A stretch of 64,000 nt of DNA, from the NCBI GenBank assembly GCA_035690945.1, contig DASSJY010000003.1:8900-72899 (forward strand), written 5' to 3'. This document shows, piece by piece, positions 8,545-20,522 of the stretch. The notes under the pieces are model-generated. The model had not been told where the DNA came from. It saw nothing but the letters and a program-made list of their open reading frames with translations, and did no database searches. The position numbers were made by a program, and so were the translations under genes. The stretch's first letter is position 1. Every line of letters begins with the position of its first letter. This DNA is from Gammaproteobacteria bacterium (GTDB lineage Bacteria; Pseudomonadota; Gammaproteobacteria; Natronospirales; DASSBR01).

Positions 8545-9693
8545 TTAAGGTTGTAATGCGCTGATGCGCTGATTGACGTAAGTCGCCAGCGTCACGCCCA
8601 GTCCGCCGGCATCCCGCGCGCGTTGATAGGCCGCAAGCGCTTTGTCCGGCTCGCGGAGCTGGTCGTAAGCCACCGCCAAACCGGCCCACCAGCGACCTTG
8701 CGCCGGTTGGACCGCAAGCGCCTTCGCATAATTCGTCACAGCCGCCTGGTGCTGACCCTGCCGTTCCTGCAGCGCGGCGAGAAACGCATAATGCTCGGGC
8801 GCCTGCGTTGCCGGCGGCAACGTGTCCTTCAGTATCGTCACGGCCTGCGCGACCTGGTTGTGCGCGACCAGCAGGCGCGCGTAGGCGCGCGCGAACCGTT
8901 CGCGGTGCGCCGGGTCGACGCGCATGCCGGTGACGAACAATTGCATCGCCTGCTTCATTCGGCCCTGCTGATTGAGCAGCGCGGCGAGCGCCTCGCGTGC
9001 GCCATAGGCAGTCGGATCGGCGGCAAGCGCAGCATTGAATTCCCTTTCCGCTTGCGCGACATCGCCCGACTGCGCCGCAGAGACGCCGGCCGCATAGGCC
9101 GCCGCCGCGCGCTGCGCAGGCGTCACCGGGCGCGCCGTTTTGGTCATGGCCGGCGCGGTATGATGCGTCGTGTGGTGGGCGGTCGGTTTCGGCTTCTGTT
9201 TGGGTGTCGGTGCGACCGTGGCTCGTTGCGCCGGGGTTGCCGGGGTTCGGGCAAGAGTCGCCTGATCGGGTTCAGCCGCCTTCGCATTGGCTCCAACGCT
9301 ATTCGACGCACTCTTGGCCCCGCTCCCCTCGGCGGAGGGGTTGGCGTGAGGGTGCCCGGAGTCGTGAGCGATCGAAGTATGTGCAGGTATGTCGGACGAC
9401 TGCCGTGAAATGATTGTCGCGGCGGTTGCCGGCGCCTGGGTGCGCGCAATAGCGGTCGCCCGCGTCGTTTCATGATTGACGCGCGCGATTTCCCCGTGCC
9501 GGCCGCCGCCGATGACTACCGCCGCATAAACCGCGCCGGCCGCGACGATCGCCACGACGCCGACCAGCAACGGCCAGCGGCCACGACCGCTGACGATGCG
9601 CACCGCCCGCACTTCGGCGCGCGACGGCGGCGCCGTCTCTTCGCGCTCGCGGCGCATCTCAAGGTCGCGCAGCATCTGGTTGACCAGGCTCAT
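8545..9693 (-). CDS. mshN: TPR-repeat MSHA biogenesis protein MshN
   Basis: The start MSLVNQMLRDLE at 9693 forms an ATGA overlap with the mshM stop. One TM helix, an Ala/Thr/Pro-rich linker, then a C-terminal TPR region (AYARLLVAHNQVAQAV, NYAKALAVQP...). Confidence 0.75.
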   Translation of the reverse strand: MSLVNQMLRDLEMRREREETAPPSRAEVRAVRIVSGRGRWPLLVGVVAIVAAGAVYAAVVIGGGRHGEIARVNHETTRATAIARTQAPATAATIISRQSSDIPAHTSIAHDSGHPHANPSAEGSGAKSASNSVGANAKAAEPDQATLARTPATPAQRATVAPTPKQKPKPTAHHTTHHTAPAMTKTARPVTPAQRAAAAYAAGVSAAQSGDVAQAEREFNAALAADPTAYGAREALAALLNQQGRMKQAMQLFVTGMRVDPAHRERFARAYARLLVAHNQVAQAVTILKDTLPPATQAPEHYAFLAALQERQGQHQAAVTNYAKALAVQPAQGRWWAGLAVAYDQLREPDKALAAYQRARDAGGLGVTLATYVNQRISALQP

Positions 9694-10553
9694 GGGAGCA
9701 GGTCCGATGTGGAACGGTCGCTGCGCCAGCGCCAGCCTTTGGCGGCGCCCTCGGTATCGCCGATTGCGATCTGCATCGCCTTGCCGTCCACGCAATTGGC
9801 TCCCGGCCCGTACGCCGCCATCAATGCCTTGTGGCAGAGAATGTTGATCAGGCGCGGCGTGCCGCCGCTGGCGCGGAACATGCGCTTCAGTGCCGCAGCG
9901 GTGAACAGCGTCGGGCCGCGATAACCCGCCACCCGCAACCGGTGTGCGACATAGGCGCTGACGGTATCGCGGTCCAGCGGTGAAAGTTGGTAGGAAAACG
10001 TGATGCGTTGCTTCAACTGGCGCAGGTGCCGCTCGGCGAGACGCCGATCCAGTTCCGGCTGGCCGAACAGGACGACCTGCAACAGCTTGCGCTTTTCGGT
10101 TTCGAGATTGGTCAGCAGCCGAACCGCTTCGAGGGTGCCGTCCGGTAATTCCTGTGCTTCATCGAGGCACAGGACCACCTGCTTGCGGCTGGAGGCAAGA
10201 TGCAGTAGCGCCGCGTTCAACCACGTCAGCAAATCCTGCTGCGTGTAAGCATTGCGCGGCCGCTTCAGCCCCAGTTCGAGCGCCAGCGCGAGGCGCATCG
10301 ATGCCGCCGACAGATGCGGGTTCGGCACATAAGCGGTGACGAAACGGTCGCCGAGCGCATTTAAAAGCTGCCGGCACAGCAGCGTCTTGCCGAGGCCGAC
10401 TTCGCCGGTGACCTTGATGAAACCCTCGCCTTCCCGCAACGCCACCAGCAACACGTTGAGTGCTTCCTGGTGGCTGGGACTTGCGAAAAAAAACTCCGTA
10501 TCCGGCGTCAGCGAAAACGGGTAGGTCTTGAGGCCGAAGTGCTCGAGATACAT
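9690..10553 (-). CDS. mshM: ExeA-like AAA ATPase MshM
   Basis: Walker A GEVGLGKTLL, Walker B VVLCLDEAQ, and the N-terminal YLEHFGLKTYPF typical of the ExeA/MshM family. Confidence 0.85.
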   Translation of the reverse strand: MYLEHFGLKTYPFSLTPDTEFFFASPSHQEALNVLLVALREGEGFIKVTGEVGLGKTLLCRQLLNALGDRFVTAYVPNPHLSAASMRLALALELGLKRPRNAYTQQDLLTWLNAALLHLASSRKQVVLCLDEAQELPDGTLEAVRLLTNLETEKRKLLQVVLFGQPELDRRLAERHLRQLKQRITFSYQLSPLDRDTVSAYVAHRLRVAGYRGPTLFTAAALKRMFRASGGTPRLINILCHKALMAAYGPGANCVDGKAMQIAIGDTEGAAKGWRWRSDRSTSDLLP

Positions 10554-10563
10554 CGCCGGCGTC

Positions 10564-12276
10564 CTAGTGCTGGTTGCCGGGATCGATCGATTGCAGCCGG
10601 TCGAACGAACCGCGGCCGATCTTCGACCACTGGTCCGGGCTGTCGATCACCACCGGCTTCAGCAGAATCACCAGCTCGGTTTTCTGCGATACCGTCTTGG
10701 TCTGTTTGAACAGGTTGCCGACCAGCGGGATGTCGCCGAGCACCGGCGTCTTGTAGACCTGGTCATGGCTTTCGTTCTTCATCAGGCCGCCGATGACGAT
10801 GATCTGGCCGCTCTTGGCGCGCACCACGCTGTCCGACTCGCGCACCTGGCTCAGCGCCAGCGGCAGGCTGTTGGTCTGGCCGCTGACGGTGAACGTCTTT
10901 TGCTGATCCTGCACTTCGCTGACGACCGGGTGAATGTGCAGCGTCACTTCGCCGTTGCTGTCGATCTGCGGCGTCACGTCGAGCGCGATGCCGGAAAAGA
11001 ATGGCTGAATGATGACGTTGCTGGTGTTCGCCGTGGTCGTCGACACGAACGTGTTCTGATAAATGCCGGTGACGAAGAATTCATCCGACCCGACCTTGAT
11101 CACGGCCTGCTGATTGTTCAGCGTCGCGACGCGCGGACTCGACAGCACGTGGGTCTTGCCCTGCGTCTGCAGCAGCTCGATGAATGCGTTGAAGTCGCTC
11201 AGGTTGAGTGCGAGCGCGAAATTGCCGCCGAATGCCGACGTGGTGGCGCTGGTGAGCGCACTGCCGGGTGACAGCGACACCGACGACCCGCCCAGGTCCG
11301 AGCGGCCCGCGTCGAACAGCCCCTGGCCGCCGAGTTGCGTACCGAAAATACTCTCGCCGGCCGCCGGCCGGCCCAGCGCGCCCCAGTTGATGCCGGACTG
11401 GAAGCCATTGTTCAGCACCACCTCGATGATCTTGGCTTCCAGCACCACTTCGCGGCTGACGCTGCCCTGCACCTGCTGCAGGTACATCGCAACGTTGTGC
11501 AGTTCGGCCGGCAGCGCGCGCACCACGATCACGCCGGAATCGGCGTTCACTACGACCTGGCGCCCGTTGGCGGCACCGACGATGGCCGTCAGCGAGCTTT
11601 TCAGGTCGGTCCAGAAGTCGGACTCGGTCTGGGTATGAATATAGGTCGAGACGTCGGTGTGATTATTGTTGCCATTACCGTTGTTGGGCGCACCGCCGTT
11701 ACCGTACAGGCCGCTGCGACCGTAGGCGCCATACGCCTGATTGCCATACGGGCGTTCGGTGGTTTCGCCTGAAGTCACCCGCGTCTGCGAGGTACCCTTG
11801 CGGCTGATGTTGAGGTAATCCACCTGGAAGATGCGCGTCTTGAGCGTTTCCGGCAGCACGAGGAACGTGTTGCCGTGGCGCTGGAACTCATAGCCGTATT
11901 CGCTGCGCACGATGTCCATGACGCCGGGGACGGTCACGTTCTTGAGGCGCAGCGAAATCTTGCCCTTGAGGTCCGGCGGCACGACCATGTTGTAGTGCGT
12001 GCCCTTGACGAGCCCCATGAAAAACGTGCGCGCCGGCACCTTGTTGACCGCCACGTCGAAGTGCTCTTCGGTCGCCGCGGTCTCGGGCTGCGGCGCCGTC
12101 ACCGTCGGCAGTAGCGCCTCGCTGACCGCGGCGGGCGGTGGCGGCGGCTTGTATTGCTGCGTCGCGGCCTGCTGGAGCGCGTGATGCGCGCTGTCGCGGG
12201 CGCTGGGGCCGGGCAGCGTGGTGCAGGCGGCCAGGGCGCCGGCCAGAACGAGCAGAAGAGCGATGCGGCCGGTCAT
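10564..12276 (-). CDS. mshL: Secretin MshL (lipoprotein)
   Basis: Lipobox LAGALAAC|T. The C-terminal secretin domain includes VLSSPRVATLNNQQAVIKVG and TPVLGDIPLVGNLFK. Confidence 0.9.
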   Translation of the reverse strand: MTGRIALLLVLAGALAACTTLPGPSARDSAHHALQQAATQQYKPPPPPAAVSEALLPTVTAPQPETAATEEHFDVAVNKVPARTFFMGLVKGTHYNMVVPPDLKGKISLRLKNVTVPGVMDIVRSEYGYEFQRHGNTFLVLPETLKTRIFQVDYLNISRKGTSQTRVTSGETTERPYGNQAYGAYGRSGLYGNGGAPNNGNGNNNHTDVSTYIHTQTESDFWTDLKSSLTAIVGAANGRQVVVNADSGVIVVRALPAELHNVAMYLQQVQGSVSREVVLEAKIIEVVLNNGFQSGINWGALGRPAAGESIFGTQLGGQGLFDAGRSDLGGSSVSLSPGSALTSATTSAFGGNFALALNLSDFNAFIELLQTQGKTHVLSSPRVATLNNQQAVIKVGSDEFFVTGIYQNTFVSTTTANTSNVIIQPFFSGIALDVTPQIDSNGEVTLHIHPVVSEVQDQQKTFTVSGQTNSLPLALSQVRESDSVVRAKSGQIIVIGGLMKNESHDQVYKTPVLGDIPLVGNLFKQTKTVSQKTELVILLKPVVIDSPDQWSKIGRGSFDRLQSIDPGNQH

Positions 12277-12638
12277 GACGAACCTCTGTCCGCGGTTGCG
12301 GCCCGGTGAGTCTTGATGGTGTCGGCGATCAGGTGAATGGTGAACTGGTGGCCGCCGCGGCGCAGGCGCACCGCGCCGGGCTCGATCGAGACTACGGTCG
12401 CGCCGTCGACTCGCTCGCCGACGCCGACGGTCTTGCCGTTAATCATCGCCAGGCGCCGATGGGCGGAAATCAGCGTCGAGTTCAGCTGCCAGCGTGGTGC
12501 GGCGTGCACCGTCCTGGCGGTGGACGAATAATCCGGCCGCGTCGGATCGTGAAGTGTCCCGGCGCAGGCGCAGACCGACACGAAAGCAAGCGCAACAATA
12601 GCGGCTTCCCACCCGAACCCCGTCCCCCTAAACACCAA
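12273..12638 (-). CDS. mshK: MshK-like small periplasmic/lipoprotein component
   Basis: 121 aa with signal/lipobox-like FVSVCAC. It lies between the MshJ-like gene and the secretin, with 4-nt and 11-nt overlaps to its neighbours. Named by position. Confidence 0.55.
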   Translation of the reverse strand: MVFRGTGFGWEAAIVALAFVSVCACAGTLHDPTRPDYSSTARTVHAAPRWQLNSTLISAHRRLAMINGKTVGVGERVDGATVVSIEPGAVRLRRGGHQFTIHLIADTIKTHRAATADRGSS

Positions 12639-13278
12639 TCCACCCCTCTTTCAGATTCAGCGTATGCACCGTAAGCGTCACGCGACTGACAGGATACCGC
12701 TTCACGTGCAATTCGAGCTTGTCCCAGTAAAAATGCCACGGCAGGTTCGCGAGCTTTTCGAGATACGTGAGCGTATCGAGATAGCCGCCCTCGAACGTCA
12801 AGGTCAATCCGTGGCGGAATACCTTCGCCTTCGACGCCTTCCCGTCGCCGAGTGCCACCGGTGCGGCCGGCAGGTTGGTCATGCTGATCAGCTTGAGGCC
12901 GTGCTGCGCCTTCAGCACCTTTTCCAGCACCGCCGCCATTTCGCGTGGCGCGATCAGCCCGGCGGTGATCGCCTTGAGCCGCCGGTCTATTTGCGCGCTC
13001 GCTTTGCGGGCCGCGGCGAGTCGCGCGCGCAATGCCACGTTCGGATCGGTGGTGCTCTGTTCGGCTGCCTGGGTGATCGTCCGGTTGAGATCGGCAACCG
13101 AGCCGCGCAGCGTCGCGACCTGCTTTTGCAGTGCCGCCTGCTTGTGCTGCAACGGCGCGAAGAAAATGATTTCCCACAGTCCGATCAGCACCGCCAGCAC
13201 GGCGAGCATCAACAGGCCGCGTTCTCGCAGGCTGAGCGCGTTGGCCCGCGTCACCCACATTTCCAGGCGTGCGCGCAT
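12628..13278 (-). CDS. mshJ: PilO-like MshJ
   Basis: The start MRARLEMW at 13278 shares a nucleotide with the upstream stop (13278-13280). One TM helix (LLMLAVLAVLIGLWEIIFF), then a coiled coil and an alpha/beta domain. The upstream Arg-rich extension of ORF 12628..13503 is implausible as protein. Confidence 0.7.
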   Translation of the reverse strand: MRARLEMWVTRANALSLRERGLLMLAVLAVLIGLWEIIFFAPLQHKQAALQKQVATLRGSVADLNRTITQAAEQSTTDPNVALRARLAAARKASAQIDRRLKAITAGLIAPREMAAVLEKVLKAQHGLKLISMTNLPAAPVALGDGKASKAKVFRHGLTLTFEGGYLDTLTYLEKLANLPWHFYWDKLELHVKRYPVSRVTLTVHTLNLKEGWIGV

Positions 13279-13904
13279 CAGGGTTTTGCCTTTTCGGCGG
13301 TCGTGGACAATACGAAATCGAGTCGCCCCGGCCCTGATTTGCTTGTATCGCGCTCGATCTGCAGCCGCTTGAATTCGACCCCGGCGAAAGCCGGCGCATC
13401 GGCAAGGTCTCGCACCAGCTTCGGCACCTGCGTCGAGCGGGTCGTGGCGCCGGTCAACTGAATCTGGTCGCCGCCGTCGGCCAGCGTGATGCCCGTCAGC
13501 CACAGCCCGTCGACCGGCGTGCGTGCGAGTCCTTCGAGAGCCGGCGCGAAGCCGGTGGTGTTGGCCCGGTGCGGCGCCGTCAGCGCCTTGAGCAGTGCCT
13601 CGCGCGCATCGCGTTCGGATTCGGCCGCGGCCAGCGCCTGCGTCAGCGCCGCACTGGGGCGGCGCTTCGCCAGTGTCGCTTCGAGCCGACTGAGCACTTC
13701 GCTGTCGTGAGCCTGCTGGCCCTGCATCGCGACAAGCCGGTTATGCAGTTGGTGCGTCTGCCAGACCGCCCAGCCGTAGAGCAGGATCAGCGCGAGCAGC
13801 ACGATGCCGGCGGCCTGGACCATCGTCCGCACCGAAAAAACCTTGCGCGGCTTGCGAAAGATCGGCTGGTAGAGGTTGATCTGCTGGTTCAGGACCGCGC
13901 TCAC
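13278..13904 (-). CDS. PilN-like MshI2 (fimbrial assembly protein)
   Basis: A GTG at 13904 (VSAVLNQQINLYQP...) forms a GTGA overlap with the mshI stop. QINLYQP plus the TM helix AAGIVLLALILLYGWAV is the PilN-family signature. The 150-aa Arg/Pro-rich N-terminal extension in the track is not credible. Confidence 0.65.
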   Translation of the reverse strand: MSAVLNQQINLYQPIFRKPRKVFSVRTMVQAAGIVLLALILLYGWAVWQTHQLHNRLVAMQGQQAHDSEVLSRLEATLAKRRPSAALTQALAAAESERDAREALLKALTAPHRANTTGFAPALEGLARTPVDGLWLTGITLADGGDQIQLTGATTRSTQVPKLVRDLADAPAFAGVEFKRLQIERDTSKSGPGRLDFVLSTTAEKAKP

Positions 13905-14950
13905 AGAGTCGTCGCCTCCAGGCGCAGCGCAGCGCCCAGCGCCGGCAGGCAGCGGCCCTGCAGGCCGGCATCCCAGGGCTCGTCGACGTCCAGCAGCGCG
14001 TTCAGATCGCAGCCGATCACCTGCACGTTGAGGCTGCGGCTCAGGAACGCTTCGAGGCCGTGGAGCGGCACCGCGGCCGGCGCGATCGCGACGTGGCCCA
14101 CCGGCGGCTGCGTGAAATGGCTTTCGTAATAGTCGAGCGAACGCTGCAGTTCGAGTACGATGCCGCTGGCAAGCGCCTCGAAGCGGGCCGGATCGTCGAA
14201 CGCGGCGTCCAGTTCGGCGTAACCGGTTTCGATTCGGCGGGCGAGATACAGGGTGTGCTGGCGGGTGACCACGATCCAGCCGGCGTCGCGGGCGAGATAT
14301 AAAAGCGCCACACCCTCGACGTCCTCCGGCAGCAGCGCGGCAACGTTGCGCAAACACATTTCGGGGATGTCGATGCTGGCGAGATCGACGCCGGCGCCTT
14401 CGAGCCGGCGGATGCTTGTCTGTACCGCCTGGCTGCGCGCCGCGACGGCGTACATCAGATGACCACCTGCGGCGGTGCTGTGCTGGCCCGGCACTTCGAA
14501 CACGTCGATCGCCGCATCGTCGATGTGGAAATCGATCAGATCCTTGATGCGCCAGCGCACCGCGCCGCGCAGTTCGTCAGGCTGTACGTCCGGCGTTTCC
14601 ACGAGCAGAAGCTGGTAGGCCGCGGCGTCGATAACTGTCGTTGCCTTGAGATGCTGCAGGCCGAGCTGGTGGGTGGCGGCCTCTGCCGCGGCCGCACGGC
14701 CGGGTTCGTCATTACAGGGCAGGTAGCGGCAGCTCGTCAGGCGTGGCCGGCGTGCCTTGTCGCGCGCAACACGCGCTACGCCGAGACCGTCGGCGTCGTA
14801 GGCGAAGCCGGCCAGTCCCGTCGTCGGCCGCCGATTTTTTAGAATTGATAGCAATCCCCGCTCCCTGCCGGCCGCGGCCGGCGCACGACCGTCCCGCGGG
14901 AGGGCCGCAATATGGGGCTTACCCGTAGCTCGGGCGAGCCGCGACAGCAT
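13901..14950 (-). CDS. mshI: PilM-like MshI (actin-fold assembly protein)
   Basis: First gene of the locus. The PilM/MshI-like core includes LVETPDVQPDELRGAVRWRIKDLIDF and IDIPEMCLRNV. The true start may lie downstream of 14950. Confidence 0.7.
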   Translation of the reverse strand: MLSRLARATGKPHIAALPRDGRAPAAAGRERGLLSILKNRRPTTGLAGFAYDADGLGVARVARDKARRPRLTSCRYLPCNDEPGRAAAAEAATHQLGLQHLKATTVIDAAAYQLLLVETPDVQPDELRGAVRWRIKDLIDFHIDDAAIDVFEVPGQHSTAAGGHLMYAVAARSQAVQTSIRRLEGAGVDLASIDIPEMCLRNVAALLPEDVEGVALLYLARDAGWIVVTRQHTLYLARRIETGYAELDAAFDDPARFEALASGIVLELQRSLDYYESHFTQPPVGHVAIAPAAVPLHGLEAFLSRSLNVQVIGCDLNALLDVDEPWDAGLQGRCLPALGAALRLEATTL

Positions 14951-15033
14951 AAGTTACATCGGGAGCCTTGTAAAGAAAATCAGCGGATACAAGGGCTTAT
15001 TGGCAGGATATGCGGTAGTTTCGGAATACCCGG

Positions 15034-16011
15034 CTACGAGCAGGCGGTGGCGGAGTCCGGCTCTATCAGCGCCCCCGTCAGATCGCTGACCTTCGCGTAA
15101 CCCTGCCGATGCAGGTATTCGGCGATGCCGGCGTTGATCTTGGGGCAGATCAGCGGATCGTAAAACAGCGCGGTGCCGACGCCTACCGCGCTCGCGCCGG
15201 CGATCAGGAACTCGATCGCGTCGTGGGCGTTGGCGATGCCGCCCTGGCCGATGATCGGGATATTGTGGCGGCGGGCGACGGAGGCCACTTCGCGCACCTT
15301 CAACAGTGCGATCGGCTTGATCGCCGGACCCGACAGCCCGCCCTGAATGTTGCCGATTACCGGCCGGCGGGTATTGATGTCGATCGCCATGCCCATCACC
15401 GTGTTGATGACGGCAAACGCGTCGGTGCCCGCCTCGATGCAGCGCTTCGCGTTGTAGGCGATATCAGTCTGGTTGGGCGACAGCTTCGTGATCAGCGGCT
15501 TGTCGGTTACCCCGCGGCACGCTTCGACTACCCGCGCCGACATGTCCGGATCGTTGCCGAACGCGACGCCGCCTTCCTTGACGTTCGGGCAGGAGATGTT
15601 GATTTCGATCGCGTCGATCGGCGAATCGTCGAAGATGCGCGTGACTTCGATGTATTCCTCGACGGTCGAGCCGGAGACATTGGCGATGAAGCGCGTCTCG
15701 CTGAAATCGAGCGCCGGCAGGATGTCGTCAACCACCGCATGCGCGCCCGGATTCTGCAGGCCGATCGCGTTCAGCATGCCCATCGGCGTTTCCGCGATGC
15801 GGTGCGGCGGGTTACCGAGCCGGGGGTTCAGCGTCGTACCCTTGAGGCAGACCGCGCCGGCGTCGCGGTTGGAAAAACCGGCGACGCGCGTATATTCTTC
15901 GCCGAACCCGACGCAGCCCGACAACAGCACGATCGGGGTTGCGAGCTTCAGCCCGGCGAACTCCAGCGCGAGCGACGGGTCGAGCGAACTGTCCTGCATG
16001 TGATCACCCAA
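15034..16011 (-). CDS. pyrD: Dihydroorotate dehydrogenase, class 1 (Cys active-site type)
   Basis: The motifs [15 protein letters not shown] (catalytic Cys), [10 protein letters not shown] and IGQGGI match class 1A/1B PyrD. The start is at 16011 or at MQDSS (15999). Confidence 0.85.
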   Translation of the reverse strand: MGDHMQDSSLDPSLALEFAGLKLATPIVLLSGCVGFGEEYTRVAGFSNRDAGAVCLKGTTLNPRLGNPPHRIAETPMGMLNAIGLQNPGAHAVVDDILPALDFSETRFIANVSGSTVEEYIEVTRIFDDSPIDAIEINISCPNVKEGGVAFGNDPDMSARVVEACRGVTDKPLITKLSPNQTDIAYNAKRCIEAGTDAFAVINTVMGMAIDINTRRPVIGNIQGGLSGPAIKPIALLKVREVASVARRHNIPIIGQGGIANAHDAIEFLIAGASAVGVGTALFYDPLICPKINAGIAEYLHRQGYAKVSDLTGALIEPDSATACS

Positions 16012-16015
16012 GCGA

Positions 16016-16483
16016 ATGTTTAACGTCGTATTGTATCAGACGGAAATTCCGCCCAATACCGGCAACATCATCCGCCTGTGCGCTAACAGCGGCGCGACGT
16101 TGCACCTGGTGCATCCGCTGGGATTTACGCTGGAGGAACGCCAGTTGCGCCGCGCGGGGCTGGATTATCACGAGTACGCGAGCGTCCTCGAGCACGAAGA
16201 TCTCGCCGCCTGCCGCGCGGCACTGCCGGATGCCCGCTTCTTTGCGCTTTCCACGCGCGGACGCCGGAGTTACGCCGAAGTCGACTTTCAGCCCGGCGAC
16301 GCGTTCCTGTTCGGCCCCGAAACGCGCGGCCTGCCGCAGGCGCTGCTGGACGAACTGGGGCCGGAGCGGGTGCTGCGCGTGCCGATGCGACCCAACAACC
16401 GCAGCCTGAATTTATCCAACTCGGTGGCGGTCGTGGTGTACGAGGCGTGGCGCCAGCAGGCCTTCAGCGGCGGTGCCGACTGA
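16016..16483 (+). CDS. trmL: tRNA (cytidine/uridine-2'-O)-methyltransferase TrmL (SpoU/TrmH, YibK type)
   Basis: 155 aa. The sequence shows [16 protein letters not shown] and the C-terminal knot motif [19 protein letters not shown]. Confidence 0.85.
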   Translation: MFNVVLYQTEIPPNTGNIIRLCANSGATLHLVHPLGFTLEERQLRRAGLDYHEYASVLEHEDLAACRAALPDARFFALSTRGRRSYAEVDFQPGDAFLFGPETRGLPQALLDELGPERVLRVPMRPNNRSLNLSNSVAVVVYEAWRQQAFSGGAD

Positions 16484-17803
16484 TTAAGCGGGCCTCTTAG
16501 CCGTAGCCATCGCCACGTCCGCGGCCGGATCAAACTGCGCTTCTTCCGTCGACCCGGCCAAGGCAGTCAACCCGGACGCGCCGCCATTGATCACCTGCGT
16601 CAACTGGTCGAAATAACCCGCGCCGACTTCGCGCTGGTGCTTGGTCGCCGTGTAGCCGCGTTTCTCGGCATCGAACTCTGCCTGCTGCAGTTGCACGTAC
16701 GCGGCCATCTGGTGATCGCGGTAGCGGTGCGCGAGGTCGAACATCGAGTAATTGAGCGCGTGGAAGCCCGCCAGCGTGACGAACTGGAACTTGTAGCCCA
16801 TCGCCGCGAGTTCCTTCTGGAAGCCGGCGATGGTGGTGTCGTCGAGGTGGCGCCGCCAGTTGAACGATGGCGAGCAGTTGTAGGCGAGCAGCTTGTCCGG
16901 ATGATCGCGGCGAATCGCCTCGGCGAACAGGCGCGCTTCGGTGAGGTCGGGATGCGCCGTTTCACACCAGACGAGATCGGCGTACGGCGCATAAGCCAGA
17001 CCGCGCGAGATCGCCTGGTCGATGCCGGCGTTGACGACATGAAAACCTTCCGGCGTGCGCTCGCCGGTGCGAAACGGCGCGTCACGTTCGTCGATGTCGG
17101 AGGTCAGCAGGCTGGCTGCGTTGGCGTCGGTGCGCGCGATCAGCACCGTCGGCACGCCCAGCACGTCTGCCGCCAGTCGCGCCGCGACCAGCTTCTGCAC
17201 CGCCTCGCTGGTCGGCACCAGTACCTTGCCTCCCATGTGGCCGCACTTCTTGTACGCCGACAACTGGTCCTCGAAGTGCACGCCCGCCGCGCCCGCGGCG
17301 ATCATGTTTTTCATCAGTTCGAACGCATTCAGTACGCCGCCGAATCCGGCCTCGGCGTCGGCGACGATCGGCGCGTACACATCCTCCATCGGCTGGCCTT
17401 CGGCACATTGAATCTGGTCGAGGCGCTGAAACGCATTGTTAATGCTGCGCACCACGTCCGGCACGCTGTCGGCCGGATACAGCGACTGGTCCGGATACAT
17501 CTGCCCGGCGGTATTGGCGTCGGCCGCAACCTGCCAGCCGGAGCAGTAGATCGCCTTGAGACCCGCCTTGACCTGCTGCATCGCCTGGTTGCCGGTCATC
17601 GCACCGAGTGCGTTGACGAACTTTTCGGTGCGTAGCAAATGCCAGAGTTTCTCGGCGCCGCGGCGCGCCAGCGTGTATTCGATCGGCACGCTGCCGCGCA
17701 GGCGCGCGACATCTTCCGCGTTGTAGTCGCGCCTTATTCCGCGCCAGCGGCGGTTGTTGGCCCAGTCCTCTTTGAGGGTTTCGATTGAAGCGAAGTCGTC
17801 CAT
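16484..17803 (-). CDS. aceA: Isocitrate lyase
   Basis: 439 aa. It carries the [13 protein letters not shown] catalytic signature and [10 protein letters not shown]. Confidence 0.95.
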   Translation of the reverse strand: MDDFASIETLKEDWANNRRWRGIRRDYNAEDVARLRGSVPIEYTLARRGAEKLWHLLRTEKFVNALGAMTGNQAMQQVKAGLKAIYCSGWQVAADANTAGQMYPDQSLYPADSVPDVVRSINNAFQRLDQIQCAEGQPMEDVYAPIVADAEAGFGGVLNAFELMKNMIAAGAAGVHFEDQLSAYKKCGHMGGKVLVPTSEAVQKLVAARLAADVLGVPTVLIARTDANAASLLTSDIDERDAPFRTGERTPEGFHVVNAGIDQAISRGLAYAPYADLVWCETAHPDLTEARLFAEAIRRDHPDKLLAYNCSPSFNWRRHLDDTTIAGFQKELAAMGYKFQFVTLAGFHALNYSMFDLAHRYRDHQMAAYVQLQQAEFDAEKRGYTATKHQREVGAGYFDQLTQVINGGASGLTALAGSTEEAQFDPAADVAMATAKRPA

Positions 17804-17828
17804 GGCTATGGCTTCCTATGTGAGTGAA

Positions 17829-19421
<1,593 letters not shown>

Positions 19422-19499
19422 GATGCGAGTTCCTTGTGTGGGCGATGTTCAACCCGACCGTAGCCTAACTTTCCAGCCTGCGCAAGCTATGGCGTTCCA

Positions 19500-20522
19500 T
19501 TATTCGAATTCGCTTTTGGGCGCCCGGTTGAACAGGGTTTCCACTGCCTCGCGCGGGCCGAGCGCCTCATACAGCACGCGATAAACTTGCTCGGTGATCG
19601 GCATTTCGATCTCCTGTTCGGCGGCGAGTCGATGCACCACCTTGGCCGCACCGATGCCTTCGACGGCCTGACCGATCTCCGCGACGGCCGCCTCGCGGGA
19701 TTTTCCGGCGGCGAGCGCGAGCCCCAGCCGCCGATTGCGCGACAGGTCGCCGGTGCAGGTCAGCACGAGGTCGCCGAGGCCGGCGAGACCCATCAGCGTT
19801 TCCGGCCGCGCGCCGAGCGCCGCACCGAGGCGCATGATTTCGGCGAGGCCACGGGTAATCAGCCCGGCGCGGGCATTGGCGCCGAAGGCCAGGCCGTCGG
19901 CAATGCCGGCGGCTATCGCGATCACGTTCTTGACCGCCCCGCCGATTTCGACGCCGACCAGATCGGTCGCGGTATACACGCGGAAACGTTCGCCATGAAA
20001 AGCGTCGACCAGCGCGTCGGCGAAAGCCTCGTCCGTACTTGCGACAGTGACGGCGGTGGGCAGCCCGGCGCCGACTTCGCGCGCGAAGCTGGGGCCGGAT
20101 ATCACGGCCAGGATCGTCTCGTCGCCCAGCACTTCCGCCGCGACCTGGTGCAGCAGCTTGCCGCTGTCGAGCTCGAGACCCTTGGTGGCCCATGCCAGCC
20201 GAAAGGGCCGTTGCGCAGTATCGGCGAGTGCCGTCAGCGTTTCGCGAAAGGCGCCACTGGGGACGGCGACGAGAATGTCGCCGCTGCCCGCCACTGCGCC
20301 CTTGAGCGACGGCTGCGGGAATACGTTCGGCGGCAGTTCGATCTCGGGAAGATAGCGGGCGTTGCGGCCGGTGGCGCGCAGCTTTTCAATCTGCGCAGGA
20401 TCCCGCCCCCACAGCCGTACGTCGCGGCCGTTGCGGGCGAGCTGGCAGGCGAGTGCGGTGCCCCAGGCGCCGGCGCCGAGTACGGCGATCGGCCGGCGCT
20501 CGCCTGCCCCGGTGCCTTCCAT
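19500..20522 (-). CDS. gpsA: NAD(P)H-dependent glycerol-3-phosphate dehydrogenase
   Basis: Contains VLGAGAWGTALA (Rossmann fold), GAVKNVIAIAAGI and SRNRRLG. Confidence 0.95.
   Translation of the reverse strand: MEGTGAGERRPIAVLGAGAWGTALACQLARNGRDVRLWGRDPAQIEKLRATGRNARYLPEIELPPNVFPQPSLKGAVAGSGDILVAVPSGAFRETLTALADTAQRPFRLAWATKGLELDSGKLLHQVAAEVLGDETILAVISGPSFAREVGAGLPTAVTVASTDEAFADALVDAFHGERFRVYTATDLVGVEIGGAVKNVIAIAAGIADGLAFGANARAGLITRGLAEIMRLGAALGARPETLMGLAGLGDLVLTCTGDLSRNRRLGLALAAGKSREAAVAEIGQAVEGIGAAKVVHRLAAEQEIEMPITEQVYRVLYEALGPREAVETLFNRAPKSEFE

Noticed and set aside
5552-12276. Alternative call as a type II secretion (Gsp) or Pil-type T4aP cluster
   Set aside because: Several features fit the MSHA locus specifically. 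These are the ExeA-like MshM and TPR MshN between the secretin and the ATPase, the MshEN motifs on the ATPase, and the I-J-K-L-M-N-E-G-F gene order.
12482-13405. 307-aa alternative-frame ORF over mshK/mshJ, and the long N-terminal extensions of ORFs 12628..13503, 13278..14357 and 1195..2541
   Set aside because: The extensions are Arg/Pro-rich and overlap the preceding genes. Internal starts give canonical 4-nt overlaps and proper PilO, PilN and prepilin N-termini.
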